From assembly GCA_000004985.1 (NCBI GenBank), contig GG738845.1: DNA of 64,000 nucleotides. One strand, written 5' to 3'. Made by a program: the position numbers and the translations under genes. The first letter of the stretch is position 1. Each line of letters starts with the position of its first letter. This document shows, in pieces, positions 43,043 through 57,700 of this stretch. The stretch is from Naegleria gruberi (lineage: Eukaryota). The notes beneath the pieces were generated by a model. It had not been told where the DNA came from, ran no database searches, and was given only the letters and a program-made list of their open reading frames with translations.

Positions 43043-45007
43043 ATGCCGGAAATTTGGTGCAGCACTTGCAAAGCACACGTAAATCCAGAACAAACAACAG
43101 AAGGATTATATTGTGGAGAATGTGGAGAAGAATTAGGTAGTCATTTTGAAGAAACTGTAGAGTTTAACGAAAATCATACTATGGTTGGCAGATTTGTTTC
43201 GTCCGAGAGAGCAATGGCTAGTGCAGCTACAGCACTTGCTGGAGTGCCACAATTTTCCTATGATGAGAATGGTAATTTAATATTTACTTCTGCAGTTCCT
43301 CAGGCTGGGAATACTGAAAAGCCAATGACAGAAAGTAGACTTCAAACTATTGAAAAAGCAAAAAGAAGAATAAGTGTAATTGCACTTTTAATGAAAATAC
43401 CAAACCATTATGTTGACCGAGCGACAAATACTTACAAATTAGCTCTTTTGAAAGGATCTACAAAAGCAAGAAATCCTGATATTGTAGCAGCAGCTTGTTT
43501 ATATTTTGTTTTACGTCAAGACAAACAACCATACATGTTAATGGATTTTTCTGAATCTATGAAAACAGATGTATTTTTAATAGGTCATTGTTTTTTAGAT
43601 TTAATGACTGCTCTCAATTTTAAATTACCAGCAGTTGAACCTTTCTTTTATGTGAGACGTTTTGCAAATAGGTTATTATTGAACTCTGGAAAAGAAAATG
43701 CAAATCAAGAAGCAATTAATAGAGTAATCCAAACAACTTTGAAATTAATTGCCAGTATGAAAAGAAATTGGATTCAAACAGGAAGAAGACCTGCTGGTAT
43801 TTGTGCTGCAGCACTTTTAGTAGCAGCTAGAATACATGGATTTAAAAATATTTCAAAACAAGATGTTGTAAAAGTTGTAAAGATATGTACAGCTACTTTA
43901 ACAAAACGTTTAATGGAGTTTGATAAAACAGAAACAGCTCAACTTTCTCCTGAAGAGTTTGAAAGAAGAGAACAAGAAATTAATAATGGTAGTTTTCAGG
44001 GAACAATAGACGTTTCAGATCCTCCTGCATATTCTCGTTCACTTAAGGAAAAATCTAAACTTATGGAAAGATATGAACCTGAACAAAAGGATTTAGAAAG
44101 AGGAACAGATGTTAATGATCAAGATGTTGAAGAAGCAGAAAAACTTATTCAAGACAAGGAAATTGAAGAAATATCAACAGAACTAGAAAAAGGGGATCAA
44201 TTAGCAAGAGCGCAAAGATTACAAGAATCCCAATCAAAACCAATACCGGATACTACTTTACCTTCTTCATCTCTTCCTTCAGCTAGTCAAGATGTTAGAC
44301 AAACTCAAATCAAGAGTTCTGAATTTGAAGATGATGAATCTATTTCATATGAAGAAAGTAATAATCACTCAAAAATTTCCATAGAAAATCAAACAGAACA
44401 ACAAAATCAAATAGAAGAAGACGAGGAAGAAGAAATTGATACATTATCTGATTTTGAGGATGATTCCGAAATTGAAGAAATTGTTATTACTGAAGAATCA
44501 GAAATAGAAGGAAGAGAAAAACTTTGGGATGAATTGCATTTGGAATATCTACAAGCCATGGAAGAAAATAGAAAAGAAAGGGAAGAAAGAAAAAAGAGAG
44601 GTGGTGGAAGGAGAAAAAGAAATAATACGAATGTGGATGCATCTTCTTCAGTTTTTAATATGGGAGGATTAATTTATGGAGCTAGCAATTCAAATCAACC
44701 TGAAACACATGCAGTTTTTAGAAGTGCATCTGAGGCCTCTGCTAATTTACTAAGAGCTAAAATAGCAAGAAATTTGGTTTCTAAATCTCTTTTTGATGAA
44801 GATGAACTTTTAAGTGATACAATGACAATACCACAATCTAATGCTGATGTTGACAATAATTTATTAGGAAAACGAAAACCATTATCTATTCAAGAGAAGA
44901 ATAGATATGAATACAAGAATGATGAAGAGTATGAAGATGATTTTGTGGATGACTTTGAAGGTGATTATGAAAAACAGCCCAAGAAATTCAAGTTTAAAAA
45001 AAAATAA
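43043..45007 (+). CDS. BRF1: TFIIIB subunit BRF1, with an N-terminal zinc ribbon, TFIIB-like cyclin repeats and an acidic C-terminus
   Basis: Zinc ribbon CSTCKAHVNPEQTTEGLYCGECG, followed by cyclin-fold blocks and a Brf1-type C-terminal region. Confidence 0.8.
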   Translation: MPEIWCSTCKAHVNPEQTTEGLYCGECGEELGSHFEETVEFNENHTMVGRFVSSERAMASAATALAGVPQFSYDENGNLIFTSAVPQAGNTEKPMTESRLQTIEKAKRRISVIALLMKIPNHYVDRATNTYKLALLKGSTKARNPDIVAAACLYFVLRQDKQPYMLMDFSESMKTDVFLIGHCFLDLMTALNFKLPAVEPFFYVRRFANRLLLNSGKENANQEAINRVIQTTLKLIASMKRNWIQTGRRPAGICAAALLVAARIHGFKNISKQDVVKVVKICTATLTKRLMEFDKTETAQLSPEEFERREQEINNGSFQGTIDVSDPPAYSRSLKEKSKLMERYEPEQKDLERGTDVNDQDVEEAEKLIQDKEIEEISTELEKGDQLARAQRLQESQSKPIPDTTLPSSSLPSASQDVRQTQIKSSEFEDDESISYEESNNHSKISIENQTEQQNQIEEDEEEEIDTLSDFEDDSEIEEIVITEESEIEGREKLWDELHLEYLQAMEENRKEREERKKRGGGRRKRNNTNVDASSSVFNMGGLIYGASNSNQPETHAVFRSASEASANLLRAKIARNLVSKSLFDEDELLSDTMTIPQSNADVDNNLLGKRKPLSIQEKNRYEYKNDEEYEDDFVDDFEGDYEKQPKKFKFKKK

Positions 45008-45032
45008 AAAAAAAAATTATTTTATAAAAAAT

Positions 45033-48000
45033 ATGCCACCAAGGAAATTTGCTAAGAGAGGTAAAAATAAACCATCATCACCCACAGTTAGTGATGAGGA
45101 AATAGATCTTGGAGAAAATACAACAAGTAGTGAAAATAATATTTTAGAAAAGCCAGAAATTGGATCAACTTCCAATACCGAAGAACATCTACCATCCGAG
45201 CAATATTTACAAATAATACGTGAACATTTTATACAATCATGGAACAATAACAGTTCACCTTTTAAATGGGCTTATCAATTAAAACAAAAATGCAAAAACA
45301 ATCCAAATCTTGAAAATCACTTGATTGGTATGTTTTTTTGAAATTTTGACAAAATTACCCTTTCGACAGAATCTTTTATTGATATCACTCTTAGACGTGA
45401 TACAAATAGTAATATATTTTTTAATTACTTGAATCATTCTCTGATGACGGAGCTTTTATCATTGGATACTTTTACAAAACAACTCTTTGACATTCTTCAA
45501 GTTGACAATAATAATATTTGGAAAAAAACATCATCATGGTTTGAATTATTAAAAATCATAGAATACCACTTACCAATAGTTGTAGAAAAGATTGCAATTT
45601 CTTCATCTGTGAGGATTGGTGACAGTGATAAAAATCATAATGTGCAAATAATTGTACAACCACAATTGTTGGAAAATAACAAAAAAAGAAAGATTGATGG
45701 AGTTGTTGATTCGGATTTAAATAATAACAAAAAGAGAAAATTTATTGTTGATTCATCAGATTTTAATAATTTAAAATATATATCTAGGGTTGTAATCAAC
45801 TCTTTCATGATTAATTGCTTATATATTGCTAATTCATATGAAACATCAGGAAGTAATTCTCTAATTTGTCTAAATATTATCAAATCTATTCAAGTTCTTT
45901 ATAGAATTTTAACACAGCCAAATATTAAACTCTTTTTATTATTTTCAAAATATACAGAACAGGAGTTATGGACAGTATTTATGAATATTACACATTCTAA
46001 ATTAATACCAATTCTAGAAAAAATTAAACAAATATCATCAAACAAACAAACACATTTAGAAAAAGAATTTGTAAATTTATGGCAAGCACTAAATAGGTTT
46101 ATAATATTTATGCTATCTACTGAAAAAAATGGAGAATATCAAGCAATTCAATTTAAAGAATTGAATCATTCTAGACCTTCTAAATCATTGCAATCAACTT
46201 TAAATGAAAAAGCTTGTTTTACTACTTCTCTACTTGTTGAAGATGAAATATCAACCAAAAGTATTACACGTACAAATATTGATAACACATTTTCAAGATT
46301 TGATAATATCAGAATTTTAAAGGAAAGAAGTTTTTTAAACTTTTATTTTGACATTCTTTATAGTGGAATAGAAAAAGTACACGATCTTCAAGCACTTGAA
46401 ATAACAGATATGGCCCAAAGATTAATTGTAGACGACAAGGCTCATAGAATTATGGTAAGAAAATCTTTTCTAGTTTCAAAGCTCCCTCTTTTAATTAAGA
46501 AATGGTATGACAGTTTTGGAAATGAAAAACAGTTCTATGATCCATTTTTCAATTGTGCAAATATTAAGAATATTCATAGCAGTTATTCAGAAAAAGATAT
46601 AAGGTATCTTACTGATACTTCATTCAATAGTATTGAAAAAGCACTTTATATGACTTCTAAATATTGCGTAATTACAAATCATCAACATATTTTAAAGGAG
46701 ATAATCAATCATTGTGTATCACTCAAATTAATAGCACCAGAAAATATAAGAATGTTAATTAATGACAGTGTAATTGACAATGAAGAAAATGAGGATATAG
46801 AAATTCAAAAAAATTATTTTTCAAACTTTTTAGAGAAAAATCCTGTTGAATATGTAGTTAATTTGGTAATTTGTCCAAGATATCAAGCAGCTGTAATTAA
46901 AGCTGACTTTTTAGAAACAAGTGAACATTACTTTGGAAAAATGGACTGTTTGATAAGAAATCCATCAGTTTTGGATATTATACAATTACACGGGTTTATA
47001 CCTGATGTATTAGAACGAGTATTTATTGAAATGAGAAATATTTTTGATACCAAAGAGGATCTACAACATACAAAGTTTGCTTTGGCATTTACTCTATTGT
47101 ATATAATTGCTGAAAGATTTGAATTTAAAAAGGTTAAAGAAAATAGAGAAATATTTTACATGTTGATGGATAGACATTTTATTAATGAAAGCGCTTTGGT
47201 ACACTTAAAAGAATGGTTTCAAAACTGGTTTGAGGATCGTTTGGATAGATTTAGTGAAAGTATTGAAATTTCTAATATTTGCCAAGATATACTTAAAGAA
47301 TTGTTTTCAGTTTCTGCAAGAATAGCCCAAGCAGGTTTTGGCGGAGAAGTAGATATGGAAGGCATACAAAAGTTAAGAAGACAATACTCACCTTCTGTAA
47401 TTTTAAAAGCATCTACTTGTATGGCCAAGCTGTTTGTTGAATGGTATTTTTTAAAACCAGCAGATTTAGAATTTAAATTGGTTCCAATTCTTTCCTTTTT
47501 CCATGAACAGTTTGGATATCATGTAGAGGTTGGATTTTCAGCTGGATTACTTCCAGCATGTTTGCAAGTGTTTCCTAATCTTGAAAGTACTAGAGAAAAA
47601 ATTCCAGATCTAGTGGAATCCATATACAAAGCATTTTTAGCTAAAAATAGAGAAGTATTTGGATTTAATATTTCAAGTATAATGTTACATAATTTACTTG
47701 TTCAATGTGTTCATACCTGCACACAAAATATCAAATCTTTGGAAAGAAGAAAACCAGTTGTATTTAATTATCACTTACCTACTATTCAATCACTTCTTCA
47801 TGAATCTTATTTAATTACAGGTTCAAACATTGAATGGCAATTAGCAACTCAAGAAGATTCCCAAGAATTACATCAAGGAAAGGTCTTTCTATTACCTCCA
47901 TTATTAGGATTTGGAAATACAAACGTTAATCTTTCATCTTCTGCTTCTTCAGCAGTTGTACAAACATGGGTTGAACACGAGTTTGAAAATATATATAGAA

Positions 48001-48818
48001 GTTTGGCTGTTTCTAGTTTGACTTCTCTAACTACACAGGGTTTTATAATGAACTCTACAATGCGAGTATCGTTTAATGTACTTGTGAGAGGTTACAGAGC
48101 TATGGGAGCGCTTAATTTTCTTAAGTTTTTATTAGATCATATTTTTGAATGTTTACTTAAAGAGGATGAAGAACCTTTTGATGCCATAAGAGTAGCTGAG
48201 GCCGCAGCAATAATGTTCTTTATAAGTGCTGGTGAGGATGGTATTGATACATTGTTAAGAGAGGCAACAAACAATGGATTATTTGAATTTTTACTACAAC
48301 ACCATCATGAACAACATAAGAATTTTCTTGAGACTGGTGTTCAAATTTATAATAGACCACCAAATCCTAAAACACCCTCTGTGAAGGGTATTCAAGCCCT
48401 TTCTAATGTAGAATATTTATACATATTGAGCTCATTGTTTGGCTACTTTACTGTATTTGTACTTTCAATTAGAGAACGAAGATTATCAAATAATGAGGGA
48501 ATTCAAAGATTTATTTTCCATCTAATTGAGGAACACACACACAAGATTATTCATGAGGAAAAACATTTCATGACACATTTTACATTATCCTTTTTTGAAC
48601 AACTAAGCAAAATACCAAACCTCATTTTGCAAACACAACATGTATTGAAAAAGCAGCCAGAATGCTTCCCAAATTTTTGTCAAATAGTTACAAGAGCATC
48701 AATTGGAAATTCTTTTCTTGTTTCATTTGGTCGAAACTTGGGATTTTCGGATGGTTTAGTATTAACATTGCTAAAGCATTTAATTTCAACAAGTGTTTGC
48801 GACAATGTTGGAGAGTAA
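45033..48818 (+). CDS. Large hypothetical protein of about 1240 aa; two exons 45033-45327 and 45370-48818 with a 42-nt intron (45328-45369, GTATGT..CAG)
   Basis: Track ORFs 44907..45341 and 45429..48818 become in frame after splicing. Helical-repeat-like composition, no family assigned. Confidence 0.55.
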
Positions 48819-48855
48819 TTCCGCCAATTTTTTTGATAAAAATAAATTCAAAAAA

Positions 48856-51013
48856 AATGGCCAAAAACTTGATTTTATCATGTTGGGGATTGTCGGAAGA
48901 GTTGTTAAGTGGTGGCAGAGTATTAGACAGTATCCATACATTGGAATGTTTACTAACTAATGTTGGATTTGATCGTGATCCAATATGGGAAGTGGAAACA
49001 AGACTTAGAATTTCACAAATATATCTGAAGCATACTAGAAATTTTCAAAATTGTAAAGATCACTTATTGCGAGGTGTAGGTTTAATTAATATTATTATTT
49101 TTTTTTATAATAATAAATTTCAAGATTATGGTCTTGACATCATTCACGGATCAAGTGTCAACTGGTGTTGAAGCATATTACTTGGATCCGAAATTAAAAA
49201 TTTCATCAATCCAGATAGAACTCTACAAATGTTTAGGTTTAACTTATTCACAAATGTCTCAATTTCCAAGTGCTTGTGAAATCTATAACAAAGCAATAGA
49301 TTTTGTTGAATATATTTTAAATGTTATTGAATCCAAGAAAGAATTGGATGAAAATTTGAAACAACTCAAGTCATGTCTATCTTTGTGGCGCCATTATTTT
49401 CGTATATCTTTGATACACACTTTGGAAATGGATAATTTTTCTAATGATAGAACAATTGATATTGAAAGAATGATTCAAATAGGTGAAAGGGAAGAGTCGC
49501 AATGTAGTGAAAAAGTTAATAAGAGATTGATTGCCTATTATTTAATAAGAGTTTTTCAAGGGTTAAAACAAGATTATTGTTATGTTAATTGGAATATTGA
49601 TTATATAGGAAAAAAGGATTATATAATTAACTCATATCTTTCAAAATTACAAAAAGAGTTCTCTGTAGAAATGGGCACAGAAGAAGAAAAACAATTTTTG
49701 GAACAAAGAACAGATCCTGACTTGGTAAGTGTTTTAGTGATTTAAATATTCTATAGCATGACTAGATTCTCCTTTATATCAAATATTTACTTTTACTTGG
49801 ATTATATAAAATTTCATTAGGGAATCTTTCTGATTTGAAATTAATCCTAAAATCTATTCAAGATTGCACACAGGCACTTCAAAATGCTATGAAAACACCA
49901 CATTTATTTACCTATGAATGGCTTGAATTGAATCCTATAATAAGTATGGTGTGGCTTATTGCAAGCTATTTTTATAGAACATGTGGTCAACTTTCAAAAT
50001 CAGAAGGATATAACACAAAAGGAATTTCTATGGTTGAAAAATACCTAAAAGAGCTTGATAATATTGGCTTCATGCTTGATAAGAAGAAGAATGACAATGC
50101 CTTATATTCTATATTCATCAAATTTAACTTATTACAAGATATGATTTTGATTCATTTATCTAGATCAGAGTTTGTACTTGCCGCAAAAAATACTTTCAAG
50201 CTAATAGAGTTCTTATATCAATTCCCTGATCTATTTGAAACCTATAGACATAACATCCATTTATTAATTGGACTTTTATTATTTTTTACAAATAATCCCA
50301 AAACATATTCAGCTGCAAATGATCATTTTGAATTTGTTGTGAAGCATTCTACATCAAGAAATTTAGTTACTTGGGCTAATATTTATCAAATATTTTGGAA
50401 ATTAAATTGTGTAGGTGAAGAATATTCTACAAACCAATTATTTAGTGATTTGGATATCCTAAATAAGTCACTAGATAAGAATGGGCTAAAGCAGGCTGAA
50501 AATTTTAAAAGTTATATTTCATTTATCAAAGGTATTCTATGTTTGAGAAATTCAGCATTCGTAGAAGCGAAAAATCATTTTCAAAAATGTATTGATCTAA
50601 TGGAAAAATTGTCACTTGGTCAAAAGGGTGTACTAAGACAGTGCATTCTTGGAATCTTAAAGTGTTCATGGAAAAACCATGATTCTTCAAAACAAAAAAC
50701 ACTGGAAGGTGTTTCAAAAGTTGTGCAAGAGGCAACCAATGATCAAGATTTGTTGAACCAGATGCAGTGTTTAGCATTTTTATTAGAATTGTCTAACAAT
50801 TCCTGTGGGTCAGAAATGGATACAACAACTGATTTTGATATTGATAATATAAGATTGAGCCAACCCGAACCTATTCAAAACCAATTCTTCCAAGTTGAAC
50901 AAACACTCAAAGAAAATGTTAATATTCTACTTAATAGTGAGATTAATTCTCAATACGAAATATTAAAATCTTGGTTTCCTAATGGAAATGAGGGCTACGG
51001 CAAGAAACTTTAA
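48856..51013 (+). CDS. MAU2: MAU2/SCC4 cohesin-loader subunit (TPR-like) in at least three exons. First intron is 49076-49124 (GTAGGT); the second lies near 49731-49834 and its exact junction is unresolved.
   Basis: N-terminal block VETRLRISQIYLKHTRNFQNCKDHLLRG and central block PHLFTYEWLELNPIISMVWLIASYFYRTCGQLSKSEGYNTKGISMVEKYLK align with MAU2. Confidence 0.7.
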
Positions 51014-51063
51014 ATTGAATTTGATTAAACAACAAATTTTAAATAATATTATTTTTAAAAAAA

Positions 51064-54000
51064 ATGTATTCACCACCTGAGTCCCCTGCCTATTATAATA
51101 CTCCCTCGGATGATGAATACGAAGGAGGAACAAACATCATTGACAATAATTCATCCTTCTCATCACTGGATAGCTATGGATCAAATCTTTCTAATAATCA
51201 ATCTTTGGAATCACTATCGGATGAGAAAAAGAAAGCTTCATTAATTGATACGAAGATTGATTGGTTCGAATTTTTAGTCCATCCTAAAAAGCTTGATCAA
51301 CATGTAGGTTCAAGTTAAATCTTCTTATTATAATTCACCAAGTTAGAGGATCTTCAAAAAGACAACAGTTTACAACCATCCGCTCTTGATTTAGCTATTA
51401 CTTTTGTTGAACAATGTTTACCACCAACTGATTCTAAAACTCAACAAATTAATGACAGAACAAAAAGATATATATCCATAGTTACAAAAATAGCATTCAA
51501 ATCAAACTTTACTTTGGAGGAAATTGAAACTAAATTTCCAATTCCATTCCAAAAACATATTATTCTTGGAACTCTTTTAAGAAAAAGAAAACATTCAGGA
51601 GTGCAAGGTATTGTACATACATCAAGTCAAGACAAATTATCGGAAATTGACCTGTCAAGAATTGATACAATTAATGAAAATTGTTTGGAAGACTTGGCTA
51701 GTTCATATATCGAAATTATTTATCATCGCTGGGTTATAAGATCAATTTCTAAAAGGTTACCTCTATGGTTTATTAAATCACCTTCTCTAGAAGGAACAGA
51801 ATCTTACGATTTAGTACAATTAGGAGAAGAATCCCTTACAAGTTTGGAAAAATTAGTGGCTAGTGCAGAAAAAAATCCAAATATATTCGACAATTTAATT
51901 GACAAACCAGATTCTTTAGATAAGGTAGTATTTGGCATGTCTTTAATATTGGATATGGCAAATTATTACTTTTTCAGGGAAGATTTCCAAAACTCTTTCA
52001 AATATTTGAAATCTCTTCATGAAAAACTACTCAAATATTCAGACAAAAATTTTGAACCTTTAAAAGAGAGTTGCAACACGCTTATAATAGCATGCCAATC
52101 TGTAATTATGGCAAATAACCCTAGTGAAGGTTTACTTCTTCCTGAAAACAAAAAAACTCTCTTTTTCAGACAAATAGATGAGATTGTTAAGAGCTTAAAT
52201 AATCAATCAGAAGTTAAGGCTGAACAATCACAATTACTAATAGAATTACTCATTCAAGATATTATGGAAAATCAATTAAGTAGAGAATATCGTATAAGCT
52301 TATGTTACAAGTTGATTGAGAAGGAAAATCTTTTTAAAAAGATCTTAGCATGTAATATTATTCAAGATATGGTAAAGATTATACAAGGCCATACTATTCA
52401 ACAGGATATCGAAACAACTGGTTCATTTGATCAATCAAGTGTTAATGAAAAGTCTAAACATTCTATCATACCAGATGGTAATGAGGGAATTAATGTTTCA
52501 GTTCAAACCCATCTAGACCGATATGTCTTGAAACACAAGTTTGTTACTAGCCAACCTATAATACCAGTGTACATAATTTTATTCCTTAAAAGGCTAGAAT
52601 ACGAGTACAAGAAAAATGAGAGAAATAATGACTCTTTAGTATGGGACAGTAATATGAATTCTATTATTTCTGATTTTGTTTGTAGATTAGCTAAATATGT
52701 AAATCATCCAATTGTATATGCCACTTTACTGTCAGAGGGAGAAACTTATTTGAACTCAACCAACGAAAGTACACAAATATTTAAAAGTTTAATGTTAGAA
52801 AGTGTAGAAAAAACATATCACCTTAGTAACTTTGAAAATGTCTCCTCTTTAGAATATCAAGAGTATAACTATGGGTTACTTCCAGAAAATGTCCAACACA
52901 AACTGCTAACAGCCTGTTCTGAAAAAAAGACTGAAAACACCTCTTACTTTCAAAATTTGAAAACTTTGATTGTTAAAAAAAGAGTTTATGATTCTGCCCT
53001 CAAAGCTAATCATGTACTATTTTCTGATGATTTAGAGGAAGTTTTAAAACACGAGTCCACAAGCTTTGAGCCACTGAAGAGATTGAAAACAGAAACTAGC
53101 GATTACTTAGCATTGAGAGCTAGAAGTTTATTGTATCGCAATTGTTTCAATAGTCCAACAATAACTCATAGGGCAAAGACTTTTTTTGACGTTTCAATGA
53201 CAATTGCTAGATTTAAAGATTTTGAAACATCTAAACGTATTGCATTTGACAAACTGTTACTCTCTCTTTCTGAAAAACCACACAATTATTTAATAATAGA
53301 GGAATATGCTACTCCAAGAATAGAAAGTAAGCAAATTGAAAGACCCTCACCACATATTGACTGTATGGAAGATTTCTCTGCTCTGTGTGAATTATGCAAT
53401 TTACAAAAAAACCCAACTATAGATTCAATTAATATCAGTGAGAAATCAAAACCAGACTTATCTCATATTAATCTAGTATTCTTGGGAGAATTATTTAAAA
53501 ATCTAATTAATTTAGGTGATTGGGCTTTTATTAGGGATTTCTTTAAACAGATACAAACAGTATATGAGCAAAATACATCTGATGATGTTCATATTGTTTT
53601 TTGCAGATTTGCAATACTAGTTGAATCATTAGCTTATCATATGCATGCACCAAGAAATGGGGCTCCTAAAAAAGTGTTCAAAGATTTGAAAGATGATATT
53701 TATAAGTTTGTGAATAACTTGATTTATTTACCAGATCAATATCATTACGAATCTGATAGTCTTAATTTTGAGGACGAGAATAGACTAAGATGGGATGACT
53801 TTCATTTACTCGTTTCAACAAACAATCTCAAGTTCCTAATGGATCTATCAGTAATGTTATCGTTTGTTTTAGTTTCAGTAAGAATGACTGTTGTAGGAAA
53901 TAGATCCACATCTCCTCCAATGTTAAGAAATCCAACTCAACCAATAATGACAGGTCATTACAAGCATTTAGCAAAACTAATAATGCCTGAATATTTTTGT

Positions 54001-54699
54001 AGCTCTACAAAGAAAAATTGGTTACTTGGTAACGAAAAGTTTGTAGAAGATACCTTAATAATAATGCTTCAACATGTATTGGAGCGTGTAATTAATTTGC
54101 AAGAACAATCTTCAACCAAACCTATTAGTAGTTTCTACCTTTTTAAATGCTGTCTTGCTGACGTATATTTCGAAAAGGGTAAATTTAGAAGAGCTTTAGA
54201 ATTGTATTTGGAATGTGGAGAAATGAGTTTCCCTCATTTCTATAAACCATCCAATGAGGAAGTTGTTGAAAGAATGTTTAGATGCCTAGTTGAGTTGGGA
54301 GAATACACAGCAGCAGCTGTTCTACATCAATTTGTTCACAGCACTTACGATAATGAAATTGAAAGTCAATCCAGAACACACGTTATTTCTGACAATTTCA
54401 TTAACACTAACAACAGAATTGGTTATACAAAAGAAATAATTGATAATTTATACGAATCTAATGGTCTAAACGAGAGGTGGTTGTTGTATTTTTATGATCT
54501 ATCCTATTTGGAATTGGTAGTCCATGTAGCACACCAGAAAGGAGAGTTTAGTAAGGAAGATTTGATAATTCAACACATCCAAAGAAGTGAAATTAATTCC
54601 AATAACAAAACAGAGCATAGAAAAGAATATATCCAAGCAATGAAGGAAACATTTTTACGAAGATTATATCTTCATATAACCACCTTCTTGAAAAATTAA
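51064..54699 (+). CDS. Large hypothetical protein of about 1200 aa with a helical, TPR-like C-terminus; two exons 51064-51303 and 51343-54699 joined by a 39-nt GTAGGT intron
   Basis: Intron 51304-51342 joins HPKKLDQH to LEDLQKD in frame with track ORF 51514..54699. No family assigned. Confidence 0.55.
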
Positions 54700-54791
54700 A
54701 TAGTAACCAAGTGGTAGCATGGAATAAATCTTATTATTTAAATAATTGAAAAACAAGAAAAAAATATTTATTGTTGCTGTTCACGAAAAAA

Positions 54792-57700
54792 ATGAAAGTA
54801 AACTCGTACGCACCATCAACCGCGTTTAATTTCAACGCTCCCGTGGTTGGTGGCATTTCCACTACAACAGGTAATAGTGCCAATAATGTTTCGGGTGGAA
54901 ATCTTTTTAATGGAAGTATCTTACCATCATCAACAAAAGAACAATTAATGGAATCCAAAAAATTAGTCAATCAAAATTTAGAAAAGGATAGCAAGTTTGT
55001 TGATATTTACGAACTTTCACAAAATCAAAACGATTCCTATGATGAAGTAACGTATCTTGAATTTTTAATAATTTTTAATTTTTATAGTTGTTCGTAAAGA
55101 AACAATTTGTAGCCCTTCCTGATCCAATCTTTGAAGAATATCGTAGACTTGAATACAAATGTTTCATGGGTATTTTCCCTGAAATACATAGAGCTTGGAT
55201 TACTATTGACAACAAATTCTTCATATGGAGTTACTTGGATGGTAGTGATTTTAATGAATATGATGAGTTGGATCAAATAATTATTAGTGCCGGAATTGTG
55301 AAGCCAAAGCCTAATATTTTCAAAGATTATGTTAAATATTTACTAGTATTAGCAACACCAATAGAAATTGTTCTTGTAGCTCTTGCTTTTAACAATAATG
55401 ATGTTTCCTCGCCAATTAATGGTACAGAGACAGAAAAACAACAACATCCTTCATTTGATTCACAAACAGGAAGTATTTATTCTGAAATGGAGCTTTTCCC
55501 AACAAATTATATCATCCCATCAGACAATGTAAACATGTTAAAAATTGTTGGAACAAAAAATGGAAGAATTTTCATGTGTGGAAAAGATGGATGTTTATAT
55601 GAACTTACATATGAACCTGAGGAGGGCTGGTTTAAAAGCAAATGTAGAAAGCTGAACCATTCACAAAGTTTTGTTGGACTTTTAGTCCCTTCCTTCTTAA
55701 AGTTTACTCATGATGATCCTATTATTGATATTGTCGTAGATGACACAAGAAATATTCTTTATACTCTTTCAGATAATATGACCATTGAAGTTTATGATCT
55801 TGGAGAGAATGGGGATAGTATGAGAAAGGTTGTTAGTTATTCTAATTTACTTCAAGATATGATGAGAAAATTTCCAAATTATAATTGTAACTTGAATTCG
55901 CTCAAAATTATTTCAATTGCTCCAATATCTGAAAATGAATCAAAAGCTGTTCACTTGGTTGCCATTACTTCAAAGGGAGATAGAATATTTTTTACAACTG
56001 GCTACTCTCAAGATGGACTTTCCAATTCTGATAGACCTATTGGAATATCTCTTCTTCATATCAAATCAGTTTCATTTACTAGTAACACGATGAGTAATAA
56101 CAAATTTATTCCTGGTGGATTACACAAAATTCATGAATGCTTCTATAAGGATGGTGTTTGCATTTTAGCTGATGAGCTTAGTAACCAAGTTGATTCACTT
56201 GTTTGTTTGTCAATGGAGAGAAAGTATGGAGAATATGGATTTGGTTTAAACGAAAATGTAACCACCAAGCATTTAGATAATGGTATGACACACTCTATTG
56301 CTGAAATTCCTTTGTACTTGGATCCTGTTTTGGTTTCATCCCAAAATAGTCTAAATGAACTTTCATTCCAACACATCAAACCACCAAGAGAGTTCGTTTG
56401 TTTAAGTAATAATGGAATGCATTTGTTGGTAAAGCTTAGACCTGTAGACTTTTTACAACAAATTCTCCAACAAAGTCAATCCGATAGCTTGTTAAATAAT
56501 TTTTTTACAAAATATAGTGATGATGAAGCTTGTGCAATGTGTGTTATGCTAGCTTGCGCACCTCCAGCTTATAATAATATTACTGATCATGATCAACAAC
56601 CAACTCTCCATGACGAAATGCTCATTAAGAGAGCCGAACAAGCTTTCTTTAAATATGGTGGACTTCCTAGATTAGAATCACAAGAAAGAAACATTACTAA
56701 TAACACTATGGGTGGTCCTGTATCGGCAATAGATATCAAGTATAGTGCTCAACACAATGGTTTATATTTATATTTTACAAGATTAATGAGACCTCTATGG
56801 ATTTCTCCTGTATTTAATAGCAGAGTAAGAGACAATGAAACGTTAATTACATCATTACGTTACTCTCCAAAACAGCTTAAATATGTGCAACAATGTCTCT
56901 TTGGTATTTATAATTTTTTGAAACGTAATCCCCAACTGCATGAAATACAATCTAATGTCAAAAAGTCAATCCAAGAAAAGGTTGTAGATTTATATAACAC
57001 AAAGAAAGATGAAGAAGCCAAACGATTGGAACAAAGATCCATCCACAACTTGTATGTCTTACTCAAGAGATGCTACCAAGGATTGATTTTTTTATACTTT
57101 ATGGATAAGTGTAAACTTGCTACATTATTCTCTTCGTACTCACATACTCGAATTTCTCAAATAGCCAGAATGCCGTTCTGTGATTTATTCTTGACATCAG
57201 AAGGCGAAAAGATGATGAAAGAAATGGTAAGAATGGTTGTGATGAGAAGTAAAGAGGTTGATGCCAAACAAAAAATATGTGAAGAACTCAAGAGTTGTGA
57301 TGAGTTCTTTGATCCAAAGGATTTGGAGGAATATAAGGCATTGGATGCATTGGAAAAGGCTAAAATTAAGCACGATCAAGATTCTATGTTTGAATCACTT
57401 GAAATGTTTAAAAAGATTGCTGGTCATATTAATATTTTGGTTGTTTGTAAGGAATTCCAAAAACTTGGCTATTATACAGGTGCTGTTGAATTGGCATTAA
57501 CAAGCGCTGAACAAAGGGATCCAAGCAACTTGGCCTTAGAATGGATAAAGGCAGGTAAACCAGCTCTTGACATGGCTGGTCAGCAAGCTTTCGCTGCTAG
57601 AAATGAATGTTATACATGTGCTTTGAGCTCCTTAGATTTGGCAGATAATGAGGAATCACCAATAATTGGTAATCAAATTGACAAGGAAACCAAATTCTCT

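Noticed and set aside
51262-51285. tRNA T-loop-like GGTTCGAAT motif
   Set aside because: It lies inside exon 1 of the 51064 gene, encoding DWFEF. It has no cloverleaf partner arms and no A/B box spacing.
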